This document shows positions 11,229 through 22,090 of a stretch of DNA of 64,000 bases, in pieces. A program made the position numbers and the translations under genes. The DNA is from Malacoraja senta. Its lineage: Eukaryota. Position 1 is the stretch's first letter; every line of letters starts with the position of its first letter. The notes under the pieces are model-generated. The model was not told the origin of the DNA. It saw nothing but the letters and a program-made list of their open reading frames with translations, and did no database searches. The DNA lies in NCBI GenBank assembly GCA_038087875.1, contig CM075987.1:27654001-27718000 (forward strand), given 5' to 3'.

Positions 11229-14200
11229 CTGCGGAAAGAGAGAGCAAGAATTAGCAAACCATCTGAAAGCAAGCCACAACCACCATCTGCTCCTGGTGAT
11301 CATTTACCTGTGTTACTATGAACAGCCTATGCTTTTGGAAGTACAGATCTAGACAAGCTGTTCCCACCTGTTGTTAGGCAAGTGGACCATCTAACAACTA
11401 GTGAGCGGTCCTGAGCTTCTATCTGCCTCAATGGAGACCCTTTAACCAGCCATTACTGGACTTTATCTGGCACTAAACGTTATTCTCTTTATCATGTATC
11501 TGTACCCTGTGGATAGCTCGATTGTGATCATGTATATTCTTTCTCCTAACTGTTTAGCAGGCTTTTCACTGTGCCTCGGTACACGTGACAATAAACCTAA
11601 ACTAACTGAAAAATAAATCAAGACAAACCTCAAAATAGGCATGAAATTTAAATTGAAGGTAGACACAAAATGCTGGAGTAACTCAGCGGGTGAGGCAGCA
11701 TCTCTGGAGAGAAGGAATGGGCGACGTTTCGGGTCGAGACCCTTCTTCAGACACATTTCGGGTCTTCTTCAGACACATTTCGGGTCGAGGCCTTCAGACT
11801 TGGTAACAGCAGTACTGGACAATTGAAGCTGAAATATTCACTTGCAAAATAATCCATTTACAGGTTGTCTAAAATTGGTTGTGTATCACTTTCGCCTAGT
11901 AATTAACTTGTACATTTGGCACACATTATTATCTGTCTGAGGTTTCAACTCTACCAGTACCACTGCACTGATAAGGAATTATAGGCTAATGCAGGAAGCA
12001 GGATTTGTGAAACAAAAGAGAAATAAATCTGATAATCCTCTCCTACACACAATAGGGACGACTAACACCAATGCAAGTCTTATTACTTAAAATTTACAGA
12101 ATAATTACATGGCATTGAGCCAAAATAGTCTAATCCAATGTTATATCCAGCACGCCAGTTAGCAATCCTCACTCGGCCAGCTGTATTTATCTGTTGAATG
12201 CGATTTATCCACTTTTGAACCATTGCTTACATATTCACAGTCAGTCAAAGAATACTGTTAAAGACGGGTGTAGCTAGGAAAGATGGTTCAGGAACAAGTC
12301 TCGCGCACAAAGACCTAAGACCAAGCAGAAAGAGCTCTCCCACTGGCCAACCGTTCATCGCACCAGTAGCAGTAAAGTCTACATTGCACTTTCCATGGAC
12401 ATGCAGCGGTCGGTTCAATACTGACCCATGGGTTTCGTTCCACATGTACTCACTGCCCCAACGCCCCAGCATCTCAGCCTGACGATCGCACAGAATATCA
12501 GCACAGAGCCACAGCTCAACAATACAAAATATCACACGGTCGTTCAGAATGCAACAGCCTCATTGTAAAACAAACAAGACAGAAATGCAAGAGTCCATCG
12601 AGCTAGGAGTCCCTCATGGCTGCCTGCGCGCAAACTAATTGAAAGCACAAGATGTGGCTTAATAGAGTTAGAGAACGCTCCACACAAGGTCAGGCATGTT
12701 TAAACACAGTGGGACTAAACTGCTTTCATTCACTCCAGTATTACAAAATACTTTTGATTTGAAAACCGCCACAACTCCATTCGAAATCTCACACTACTGG
12801 AGGAAAGTTAAGTTACAAAGCTTCAGCTTCCTACATTTCTTTAAACCCAAGCCAATTTGGAATATTGTGAACAGTAATTTGGATATTGTGAGCAGTTTTG
12901 GGCCCCCTATCTGAGGATGGTGGTGCTGGCTTTGGAGAGGGTCCAGAGGAGGTTTACGAGAATGATCCCAGGCATGAGTGGGTTAACATATGGTGAGAGT
13001 TTGAAGGCTCTGAACCTTCGTAGTTTAGAAGGATAAGGGGGGGACCTCATTGAAACTTACCAAATAATGAAAGGTCTGGTACAGTGAATGTGGAGAGGAT
13101 GTTTCCACAAGTGGGAGAGTCTAGGACCAGAGACCATAGCCTCAGAATAAAAGGACATACTTTTAGAAAGGAGATGAGGAGGAATTTCTTTGCTCAGTAC
13201 CAACCCATAACTAAGGAATCAGTAAAATCTGAGACAAATGGCTTGATGCATCACCCTGGTTAACTAATACAAAAAACAATGAAACATTTACTGGACATAG
13301 ACATTTCAAAAACAGGGTGTCAAATTGTGATAAAGCCAGTTTAATGCAATCCTGATGGACATTTACTGGAGTTTTTCAACTGAAGGTCTTTTTACTCTCT
13401 CGCATTTCTTTCTGAAGTTTAGATGCCAAACACAACTGCAGACGTGACAAACTCCAGCACAAAACAGTTACATAAACTGACACACCTTACACTCTACTAC
13501 CCTACTTTTAGTTTTCCACCCCATTCTATCTTCTGCTTCCTACATTGTTCCAACAAAACTGAACATAAGCTTGCCCATCTCATCTAACAGCTCAGAATAT
13601 TATAGCCTTCAGGATTCAATATTGAATTGCACAGGTTATAGACAATAGACAATAGGTGCAGGAGTAGGCCATTCGGCCCTTCGAGCCATCACCACCATTC
13701 AATGTGATCATGGCTGATCATCCCCAATCAGTACCCTGTTCCTGCCTTCTCCCCATATCGCCTGAATCCGCTATCAGATAATTACCAATGTCAGTCATGC
13801 ACCATGTTGCACAGTTATAGAGCAACAGGCCATTCAGCCCACCATGCCCATGCTGACCATCAAATTCCTATTTATACTAATCCTTTTCATTCTGTCACAA
13901 CTCTAATCCTGGATCATATCATGAGTTCTTTATAACATGAAGATAATTTACTTCAATCAGTCTTCCTGAATCGCTAATGGTATTCAAATGACTTACGTCA
14001 AAACATTTTGGTGGAAACATTTTTCTCTTCTGGTATTTCACGTTTAATTTAATGCCCGTATATACCGCACCAGACAAATCTTTGGCACCATTTCAGCTGG
14101 CACCATCAGTGTCTTTCAATCTCCTGGTCTCCACCCTATCACAGACTATCCCTTCTGTTCTCTCCACCCATCATCCTTTTCGCTTGTAACTTTAAATTTG

Positions 14201-14387
14201 TTCAGTTCAAAATGACACAGTTCTGAATAAAAGTCAATCAGAGAGTGATACAGTGTGGAAACAGGCTCTTCGGCCCAACTTGCCCTCACCGGCCAACATG
14301 ACCCAGCCACACTAGTCCCACCTGCCCGCATTTGGTCCATATCCCTCCAAACCTGTCCTATCCATGTACCTGTCTGTTTATTAAAGT

Positions 14388-14624
14388 GATCACCCCGTAT
14401 ACTAGCACTAGCCTACAGTACACACTGGGGACAATTTACAGAAGCCAATTAACCTACAAACCTGTACATCTTTGGACTGTGGGAGGAAACTGGAGCACCA
14501 AAAGAAAACCCACACAGTCACAGGGAGAACGCATAAACTCCATACAGACAGTACCCATAGTCAGGATTGAACCCGGTCTCTGGCGCTGCAAGGCAGCAAC
14601 TCTATCACTGCACCACTGTGCCGC
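14388..14624 (-). mobile_element. V-SINE (HE1-like)
   Basis: Reverse complement of the same SINE head and V-domain. Confidence 0.78.
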
Positions 14625-14649
14625 CCAGATAGGAAATTGACAATAGGAA

Positions 14650-15260
14650 AGGTATGTCAGGCTGTTCATCGACTACAGCTCAGCATTCAACACCATCAAC
14701 TCTTCCAAACGTCATTACATTTAGGGAACTGATTCTCTGCTCCTCCCTGTACAACTAGATCTTTGACTTCATCGGCAGACCTCAATCAGTATGGATTGGC
14801 AACACCTCCTCCTCCTACTTGCTGACCATCGGGGTTATGTGCTCAATCCCCTGCTCTACACCCATGACTGCGCAGTCACACACAGTTCAAACGCCAATTA
14901 TACCACCATCATTGGCTGAATAACTGGCAAGGAAGTCAGCGTGCAGGAGGGAAGTTGATAAGCTGGCTGAGTGGCACCAGCACAACAATCTTGCTCTCAT
15001 CACTGGAAAGAACAAAGAGCTGATTGTTGACCTCAGGATGGGAAAGCCTATGGACCGTGCAGTGTTCACTGGCAGGATGGCGGTGGAGAGAGTCAACAGC
15101 TGCACGTTCCTGGACAACCACAAAACCGATGATCTGTCTGATTTCAGCACATTGATGCAACTACAATGAAAGCTCACCAATGCCTCTACTTCCTCAGTGG
15201 GCTGCAAATATTCAAGAACAGCTTTTTCCCATCAAACATCAATTTCTTGAACCACATCGT
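14650..15260 (+). mobile_element. Degenerate Rex1-like LINE RT fragment
   Basis: gtcaggctgttcatcgactacagctcagcattcaacaccatc (VRLFIDYSSAFNTI) and ctctacacccatgactg (LYTHDC). Many disruptions. Confidence 0.7.
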
Positions 15261-15778
15261 ACAACCCTAACCAAAACGCTACTCTTGGAGCAACCATCTT
15301 AATGCAGAGTCTGAACCACTAAAGTCTCTACATTACAAAGGTTGTTTACTGTCATAATCTATCATAATCATAATCTAGTTTACATGAAATACCTGCAAAT
15401 TGAAAGAAGTAAAAAAAATACATGGAACAAAATTTAATTATTTAACTCTTCTTACATTTAAATTATTTTTAGTTTCATTTCTCCATTTTCAGTTTCATTT
15501 CCCCTTCAATATGACTACAGAGTAATATGTTTTGGACAATTGTAATTTTAATTGCTCTTAATTATGTTAAAACACATGTTTTCAGCCCAGCTTTCTTTGG
15601 GAAGCTGAACCACTGCTAAACAGATCATTTCAAGACAATAGTGGTGGAGCAATGATGCGGTGTGTAGGGGTTTGTTGACGGGGATATTAACTCTACCTTC
15701 ACTGGCCTGTAAGAAAGATTGTTATATGTAATTAGGGCGGGACTGGACATTTCCTTGCCCAACTGGAATATTTCAGAG

Positions 15779-16047
15779 TCACAGTGGCGCAACGGTAGAG
15801 TTGTTGCCTTACAGCGCCAGAGACCTGGATTCGATCTTGACTACCGGTGCTGTCTGTATGGAGTTTGTACGTTCTCTCTGTGACCGCGTGGGGTGCTCCG
15901 GTTTCCTCCCACATTCCAAAGACGTAAGGTTCGTAGGTTAATTGGCTTTGGTAAAAATTGTAAATCGTCCCTAGTGTGTGTGGAATAGTGTACGGGAATC
16001 GCTGGTCAGCACGGACTCGGTGGGCTGAAGGGCCTTTTTTCAGCTGC
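15779..16047 (+). mobile_element. V-SINE (HE1-like)
   Basis: gtggcgcaacggtagagttg head plus V-domain. Confidence 0.8.
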
Positions 16048-16242
16048 ATTGCTCCCCAACGTCATGTCATCTGCTCTGCATTCTGTAACTGTTTTACATG
16101 TTGTCTTTTCAAATAGATAAGAAATGTCTGTTACAAACAATGTCTCAATACTGTTGTCATTTATGGTATAATATCATGCACTTCAATATTATCCCAGAAA
16201 ATGTCCAAAATGTACATGTACATATAATGTCTCTATAACGCT

Positions 16243-17240
16243 AAAGTGGGTGGTATCATAGACAGTGAAGATGGTTATCAAACATTGCAGCATATTCATG
16301 ATCAGTGGGGCATGTGGGCTGAGGAGTGGTTAATGGAGTTTAATGCAGATAAGTGTGACATGTTGCATGTTTGGAAGTTAAACCAAGGCAGGCTCTTTAG
16401 TAAATGGCAGGGCCCTGGGGAGTGTTGAAGAATGGAGGGATCTGGGAGAGGAGGTACATTGTTTCCTGAAACTGCCATCACAGGTAGATCAGGTGGTCAA
16501 GAAGGCTTTCGGTATATTAGCTTTCATCAGTCAAGGTACTGAGTATAAAAGTTGGGATGTTATGTTACAGCTGTACAAGACGTTGGTGAGGCTACATTTG
16601 GAATATTGTGTTCACTTTTGGGTCACTCTGCTATAGGAAGGATGTCATTCAGCTGAAAAGAGTGCAGAGAAGATTTACAAAGATGTTGCCAGGACATGAG
16701 AGCCTGAGGTAAAAGGACAGGTTGGGCAGTCTAGGACTCAGTCTGAAGAAGGGTTTCGGCCCGAAACGTTGCCTATTTCCTTCGCTCCATAGATGCTGCT
16801 GCACCCGCTGAGTTTCTCCAGCATTTTTGTGTACCTAGGACTCTATTCGTTGGAACGCAGGAGGATAAGGGGCGGGATCTTAGAGAGGTGTATAAATTAT
16901 GAGGGGAATAGTTAGGGTGAATGCACAGAGTCTTTTACCAAGAGTAGGAGAATCAAGAACCAGGGGACAAAGGTTTAAGGTGAGAGAGGAAAGATTTAAT
17001 AGGAACATGAGGGGCATCTTTTTCACACAGTGGGTGGTAGGTGTATGGAACGAGCTACCAGGGGAGATAATTGAGGCAGGTACTATAACAAAATTTAAAA
17101 AACATTTGGATAGGTACATGGATAGAAAAGGTTTAGAGGGATATGGGCCAAACACAGGCAGGTGGGGAAAAGCGAAGATGGGGATCTTAGCCAGCATGGA
17201 TATGTTGGGCCAAACGGCCTGTTTCCATGCTGTATGACTC
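16243..17240 (+). mobile_element. CR1-clade LINE 3' fragment interrupted by a 95-bp insert
   Basis: W.MEFNADKC, LVR.HLEYCV and SRTRGQRFKV...FFTQ.VV.VWNELP motifs. Confidence 0.85.
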
Positions 17241-17799
17241 CACAAATAATATCACAATATAGCTGTCATGTATGAGAAAATGTCCTAACCTTTAATTAAA
17301 CTGCAGAAAATGTCTAAACTCATGCAATGCAATCAGGTAGGTGAAGTATGAAACATTGTGATACGCTGAAAGCCCAGTTAACGTAAATAGGCATAGATAG
17401 ATCATGACCCTAAAACTATCTTCAAGAGCACAACCCCTCAAAGTTGCAGGTATGTATTTGTTTCATATCTGTATTTTATTCTGCTGATTATGGATTCCAT
17501 CCTTCCTGTGGTCATCTGTTGCCAACCCTGTTTTGTTCTGGCCTTCTCTATCTTTCAGTCTGAAGAGTTTCAACCTAAATTTTCACCTATTCCTTTTCTC
17601 CAGAGATAGATAGATAGATTCCTTTATTGTCATTCTGATGCTGCCGCTGCCTGTCGAGCTGCTGCCTGTCGAGCGTGAAGCCAGGGACACATATTCAAGG
17701 GACAAGAGTTTACATATTCTGTTGTGCTGCTGCAAATAAGAATTTCATTCTTTTATCTGGGACACATGACAACAAAACACTCTGGACTGACTCTTGAAG

Positions 17800-18370
17800 A
17801 TAGACACAAAATGCTGGAGTAACTCAGCGGGACAGGCAACATCTCTGGAGAGAAGGAATGGATGACATTTTGGGTCGAGACCCTTCTTCAGACCCGGGCA
17901 TCAGGCCACACGGGCGGGGAGGGGCATGGAAAGAGAGAGAGGGAAAGCAAGGGTTACTTGAAGTTAGAGAAATCAATCCGCTGTTCCAGATCTGGACTCC
18001 TATGTATCGGTAATACCACACGCAGGCTCAGCGATCGTTTTGCTGAACAACGCTGCTCAGTCCCAATAAACCTACCTGATCTCCCGGTTGCTAAACACTT
18101 TAACTCCCCCTGCCATACTGACCTTTCTGTCCTGGGCCTCCTCCACCATTAGAGTGAGGCCCAGTGCAAATTGGAGGAACAGCACCTCATATTTCACTTG
18201 GGCAGCTCACACCCCAGCTGCATGAATATTGACTTTTCTTTGAGCTGCATCTCCTTTGATCTGTCGTTTTAACACCTGACTCTCAGTCTGAAGAAGGGTC
18301 TCGACCAGAAACGTCACCTATTCCTTCTCTCCACAGATGCTGCGTGTCCCGCTGAGTTACTCCAGCTTTT
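17800..18370 (+). mobile_element. Penelope-like fragment (degenerate GIY-YIG at ~17978-18235) flanked by inverted terminal repeats
   Basis: IRCSRSGLLCIGNTTRRLSDRFAEQ...PVAKHFNSP. Oppositely oriented copies of the Penelope-associated repeat at ~17800-17892 and ~18285-18370. Confidence 0.7.
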
Positions 18371-18759
18371 CGATATTCACAGCACTGGGTTGTAAACTGC
18401 CCAAGTGTCAAGAGTGTTTTATTGTCATATGTCCCAGATACAATGAAATTCTTACTTGCAGCAGTAAAACACAATATGTAAACATAGTACACTGTAAACA
18501 ATATAATAAATGAGAAAAAAAAGTTCAGAGTGTGTGTGACTATACACATACTCACAAATACACATAGATCAAATATATATAGATCATATATATATATACA
18601 TATATACGCACATAAAAAACATACGATAATAGTGCAATAATAATCAATGTAGTTCAGAGGTTATTAGAGGAAGAGCAGGAGGTTATTAGAAGAGACACAG
18701 AGATATGAAGGGAAATATCAAAATGAGGACAGGATAAGGGACAGGAAGGCAGCCGCGGG

Positions 18760-19095
18760 CCGAGCGGCTCCCGGTGTTGGGGGCGCCATGTTACTGCGGG
18801 GCGGGGCGGGGGGGAGAGAGGGAAGGGGACTCACTGACCCGCCACTGGCTGAGAAGAAATCGACGTCGTCCTCCTCGGCGCCGAACATCGCCATGACAGG
18901 CGGCGCCGTGTCCGCGTCTCCGCGCCCGCCGGCCGGCAGCGTCAGCGTCAGCGTCAGCGTCAGCGTCAGCTCACCCGTCACGTGCTGCCGCAAAGCTGGA
19001 GCCGAGCTGCCGCAAAGCGCGGTGACTGCGCCCGCCCGGTCGCCGGGGGACACGGGTTGGATCCGATCCCTACCTCCGGCACTGGGTGTCGGACA
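18760..19095 (-). promoter_or_regulatory. FKBP15 CpG island / promoter / 5'UTR
   Basis: Very GC/CpG-rich around the start codon. GC boxes, a (CAGCGT)5 array at 18937-18970 and an E-box GTCACGTG at 18977-18984. Confidence 0.75.
18839..18888 (-). CDS. FKBP15: FKBP15 coding exon 1 ([17 protein letters not shown]; in-frame upstream ATG at 18894 would add MA)
   Basis: Resembles the vertebrate FKBP15 N-terminus (MFGAGDEDDTDFLSPSGG). Lies in a CpG island. The phase-2 donor GG|gtcagt is the one that joins exon 2 in frame. Confidence 0.9.
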
Positions 19096-20397
19096 CTGTG
19101 TATCTGTCTGTGTATCTGTGTGTCTGTCTGTGTATCTGTGTCTGTCTGTGTATCTGTGTGTCTGTCTGTGTATCTGTGTCTGTCTGTGTATCTGTGTCTG
19201 TCTGTGTATCTGTGTCTGTCTGTGTATCTGTGTCTGTCTGTGTATCTGTGTGTCTGTGTATCTGTGTCGGTCTGTCTGTGGTGTGTCTGTCTGTGTATCT
19301 GTGAGTGTATCTGTCTGTGTATCTGTGTGTCTGTCTGTGAGTGAGTGTGTGTGTGTGTGTGTGTGTCTGTGTGTCTGTCTGTGTATCTGTGTGTCTGTAT
19401 CTGTGTCGGTCTGTCTGTGGTGTGTCTATCTGTGTATCTGTGTGTCTGTCTGTGTATCTGTGTCTGTCTGTGTATCTGTGTGTCTGTCTGTGTATCTGTG
19501 TCTGTCTGTGTATCTGTGTGTCTGTCTGTGTATCTGTGTCTGTCTGTGTATCTGTGTCTGTCTGTGTATCTGTGTGTCTGTGTATCTGTGTCTGTCTGTG
19601 TATCTGTGTCTGTCTGTGTATCTGTGTCGGTCTGTCTGTGGTGTGTCTGTCTGTGTATCTGTGTGTGTCTGTGTATCTGTGTGTGTCTGTGTATCTGTGT
19701 GTCTGTGTATCTGTGTGTGTCTGTGTATCTGTGTGTCTGTGTATCTGTGTCGGTCTGTCTGTGGTGTGTCTGTCTGTGTATCTGTGAGTGTATCTGTCTG
19801 TGTATCTGTGTGTCTGTCTGTGAGTGAGTGTGTGTGTGTGTCTGTGTGTCTGTCTGTGTATCTGTGTGTCTGTATCTGTGTCGGTCTGTCTGTGGTGTGT
19901 CTATCTGTGTATCTGTGTGTCTGTCTGTGTATCTGTGTCTGTCTGTGTATCTGTGTGTCTGCCTGTGTATCTGTGTGTGTCTGTATCTGTGTCGGTCTGT
20001 CTGTGGTGTGTCTATCTGTGTATCTGTGTGTCTGTCTGTGTATCTGTGTCTGTCTGTGTATCTGTGTGTCTGTCTGTGTATCTGTGTGTCTGCCTGTGTA
20101 TCTGTGTGTGTCTGTATCTGTCGGTCTGTCTGGTGTGTCTGTCTGTGTATCTGTGTGTCTGTCTGTGTATCTGTGTCTGTGTGAGTGTGAGTGTCTGTCT
20201 GTGTATTTGTGTGTCTGTCTGTGAGTGTGTTTGTGTGTCTCTGTCTCTGTCTGTGTGTCTGTCTGTCTCTGTCTGTGCACCTGTCTGTCTGTATCTGTGT
20301 GTCTGTCTGTCTGAGAGTGTGAGTGTGTGTGTGTATCTGTGCGTCTGTCTGTGTGTGCATCTGTCTGTGTGTGTGTCTGTCTGCGTGTGTGTGTCTG
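19096..20397. repeat. 1.3-kb cryptic TG/TGTC/TGTATC satellite with higher-order duplication
   Basis: Continuous 18-20-bp variants of tctgtctgtgtatctgtg. A block starting cggtctgtctgtggtgtg...gagtgagtgtgtg recurs at ~19268 and ~19751. Confidence 0.95.
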
Positions 20398-21431
20398 TAA
20401 GTTAGCATGTTCTCACTGTGACCCTCCGTGGGTTTCCTCCGGGTGCTCCGGTTTCCCCCGTACACTCCAAAGACATTACAGGTTTGAAGGTTAATTGGAT
20501 AACTGTAAATTGCCCCTGGAGTGGATGAGGGAGTGGGGGGGATCCGGCTCACATAAAACTAGTGTCAACGGGTGATCGATGTGGAGTTTGTATCTGTCAT
20601 CCCTCCCTCTTATTTCCCTCTTATTTTGCAAGGGCAGCTTGCAACCCAGCGGTATGAATATTGATTTCTCTAATTTCAAGTAACCCTTGCTTTCCCTCTC
20701 TCCATTCCTCCCCAACCTAGTTCTCCGACTAGTTTCACTGTCCTCATTAATTTTACTGTTAGTGTGCCTCGTTGTCATTCTCCCTTCTGCCAACAACGAG
20801 CCATTGTACATTTCCTTGATCATTGTCTGTAAGATGTATTCAGTTTACCAACTCATCTGAAATATTACAGACAGTACAGCACTCCCTCAATGATTAGTAT
20901 GTCTGTTTTGTTCATGAGTCTGGGATGGGACTTGAACCAAAAGATTCCTACAGGAGTCCTTGGCTGAACCCCAGGTATCTTCAGAAGATAATGAACCAAG
21001 TATAATAACACCATTGATTGACATAAAAAGCTGGAGTAACTCAGCGGGATAGGCAGCATCTCTGGAGGGAAGGAATGGGTGACATTTCGGGTCAAGACCC
21101 CTCTTCAGAATGAGAGTCAGGTGAGAGGGAAACTAGATATGGAAGGGTAAGGTTTGAAAGTGACATATCAAAGCACACGACGATCAAGGAAATGTAGAAT
21201 GGTTCAATGTTCACTGAGGGGAAGGTGACAACGAGGCATGTAAACAGTAAAATTAATCAGGACAATGAAACTCGGAGAACTAGGGAGGGGGTGGGATGGA
21301 GAGAGACGGGATGCAAGGGTTAGTTGAAGTTAGAGAAATCGTCAGAGGAAGGGTTTCGGCCCGAAACGTTGCCTATTTCCTTCGCTCCATAGATGCTGCC
21401 GCACCCGCTGAGTTTCTCCAGCACTTTTGTC

Positions 21432-21464
21432 CAAAGATCATAGTCTATATCTCTATCATCTTTG
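21432..21464. mobile_element. 33-bp TIR-only transposon remnant/footprint with 8-bp TSD cttttgtc
   Basis: cttttgtc-caaagatcatagtctatatctctatcatctttg-cttttgtc. The host repeat is uninterrupted in other copies (~22575, ~25300). Confidence 0.85.
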
Positions 21465-21653
21465 CTTTTGTCTACCGAAGAATTATGCTGGTCAGGGGGG
21501 AGGATGGATTGATTGCATTGCAGGTCGGGTCCTCCCATCTTCCTCCAATCTCCCTTCTCACCTCCCTCCTCTTTCCTCCCCTCTCCTCCCTCCCTCCCTC
21601 CTTCCCTCCCATCTCTCGCTCCCTCTCTTCCCTCCTCTCACCACCCTCCCATC

Positions 21654-21684
21654 CAAAGATACTAGAGCTCCTCTAGTATCTTTG
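21654..21684. mobile_element. 31-bp TIR-only transposon remnant/footprint with 8-bp TSD ctcccatc
   Basis: ctcccatc-caaagatactagagctcctctagtatctttg-ctcccatc, with perfect 14-bp inverted ends. Confidence 0.85.
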
Positions 21685-21702
21685 CTCCCATCTTCCTCTG
21701 AT

Positions 21703-21739
21703 CGAAGATCCCATAGCGGAGCTTGCTGTAGGATCTTTG
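21703..21739. mobile_element. 37-bp TIR-only transposon remnant/footprint with 8-bp TSD cctc(t/c)gat
   Basis: cctctgat-cgaagatcccatagcggagcttgctgtaggatctttg-cctccgat. The left 20 nt match 49453-49472 at 19/20. Confidence 0.8.
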
Positions 21740-21868
21740 CCTCCGATGACCTTCGGGCGGGCAAGGAGTAGCCGCCCACGTGATGCCCGAGTGACCCACG
21801 TGGCAGCGTGCTGCCCGCGTAGTGACGTCAACGCGTAGCTCCCGCCCCCTGGGTGACAGCGTGCTGCC

Positions 21869-21877
21869 CAAAGATTG
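21869..21877. mobile_element. 9-bp transposon footprint (caaagattg) with 8-bp TSD gtgctgcc
   Basis: gtgctgcc-caaagattg-gtgctgcc. Neighbouring tandem promoter units lack the insert. Confidence 0.7.
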
Positions 21878-21999
21878 GTGCTGCCCCCCGCATTGACGTC
21901 AACGCGTAGCTCCCGCCCCCCTTGGTGTGGCAGCGTGCTGCCCGCGCAGTGGCAATCACGTCGTCGCCCCCCCCCCCCCCCCCCCCACCCCCCGACGTG

Positions 22000-22090
22000 G
22001 CGCGCGGACGCTGCAGTGAGGAGGACGTGGTCACTGTGGGTCCGAGCTCCGGCTGAGGGAGGGAGAGAGCGGAGAGCGGCCCGGGGCGAG
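22000..22090 (+). other. SLC31A1: Probable non-coding exon 1 of SLC31A1 (start approximate)
   Basis: Ends in a consensus donor GAG|GTAAG inside the CpG island and has no ATG. Vertebrate SLC31A1 has a non-coding first exon and a long first intron. Confidence 0.65.

Noticed and set aside
18788..20552. Long ORFs (478, 524, 284 aa etc.) rich in V/C/S/L or T/H/R/Q/D
   Set aside because: Artefacts of the stop-poor TG-rich satellite; no domain content.
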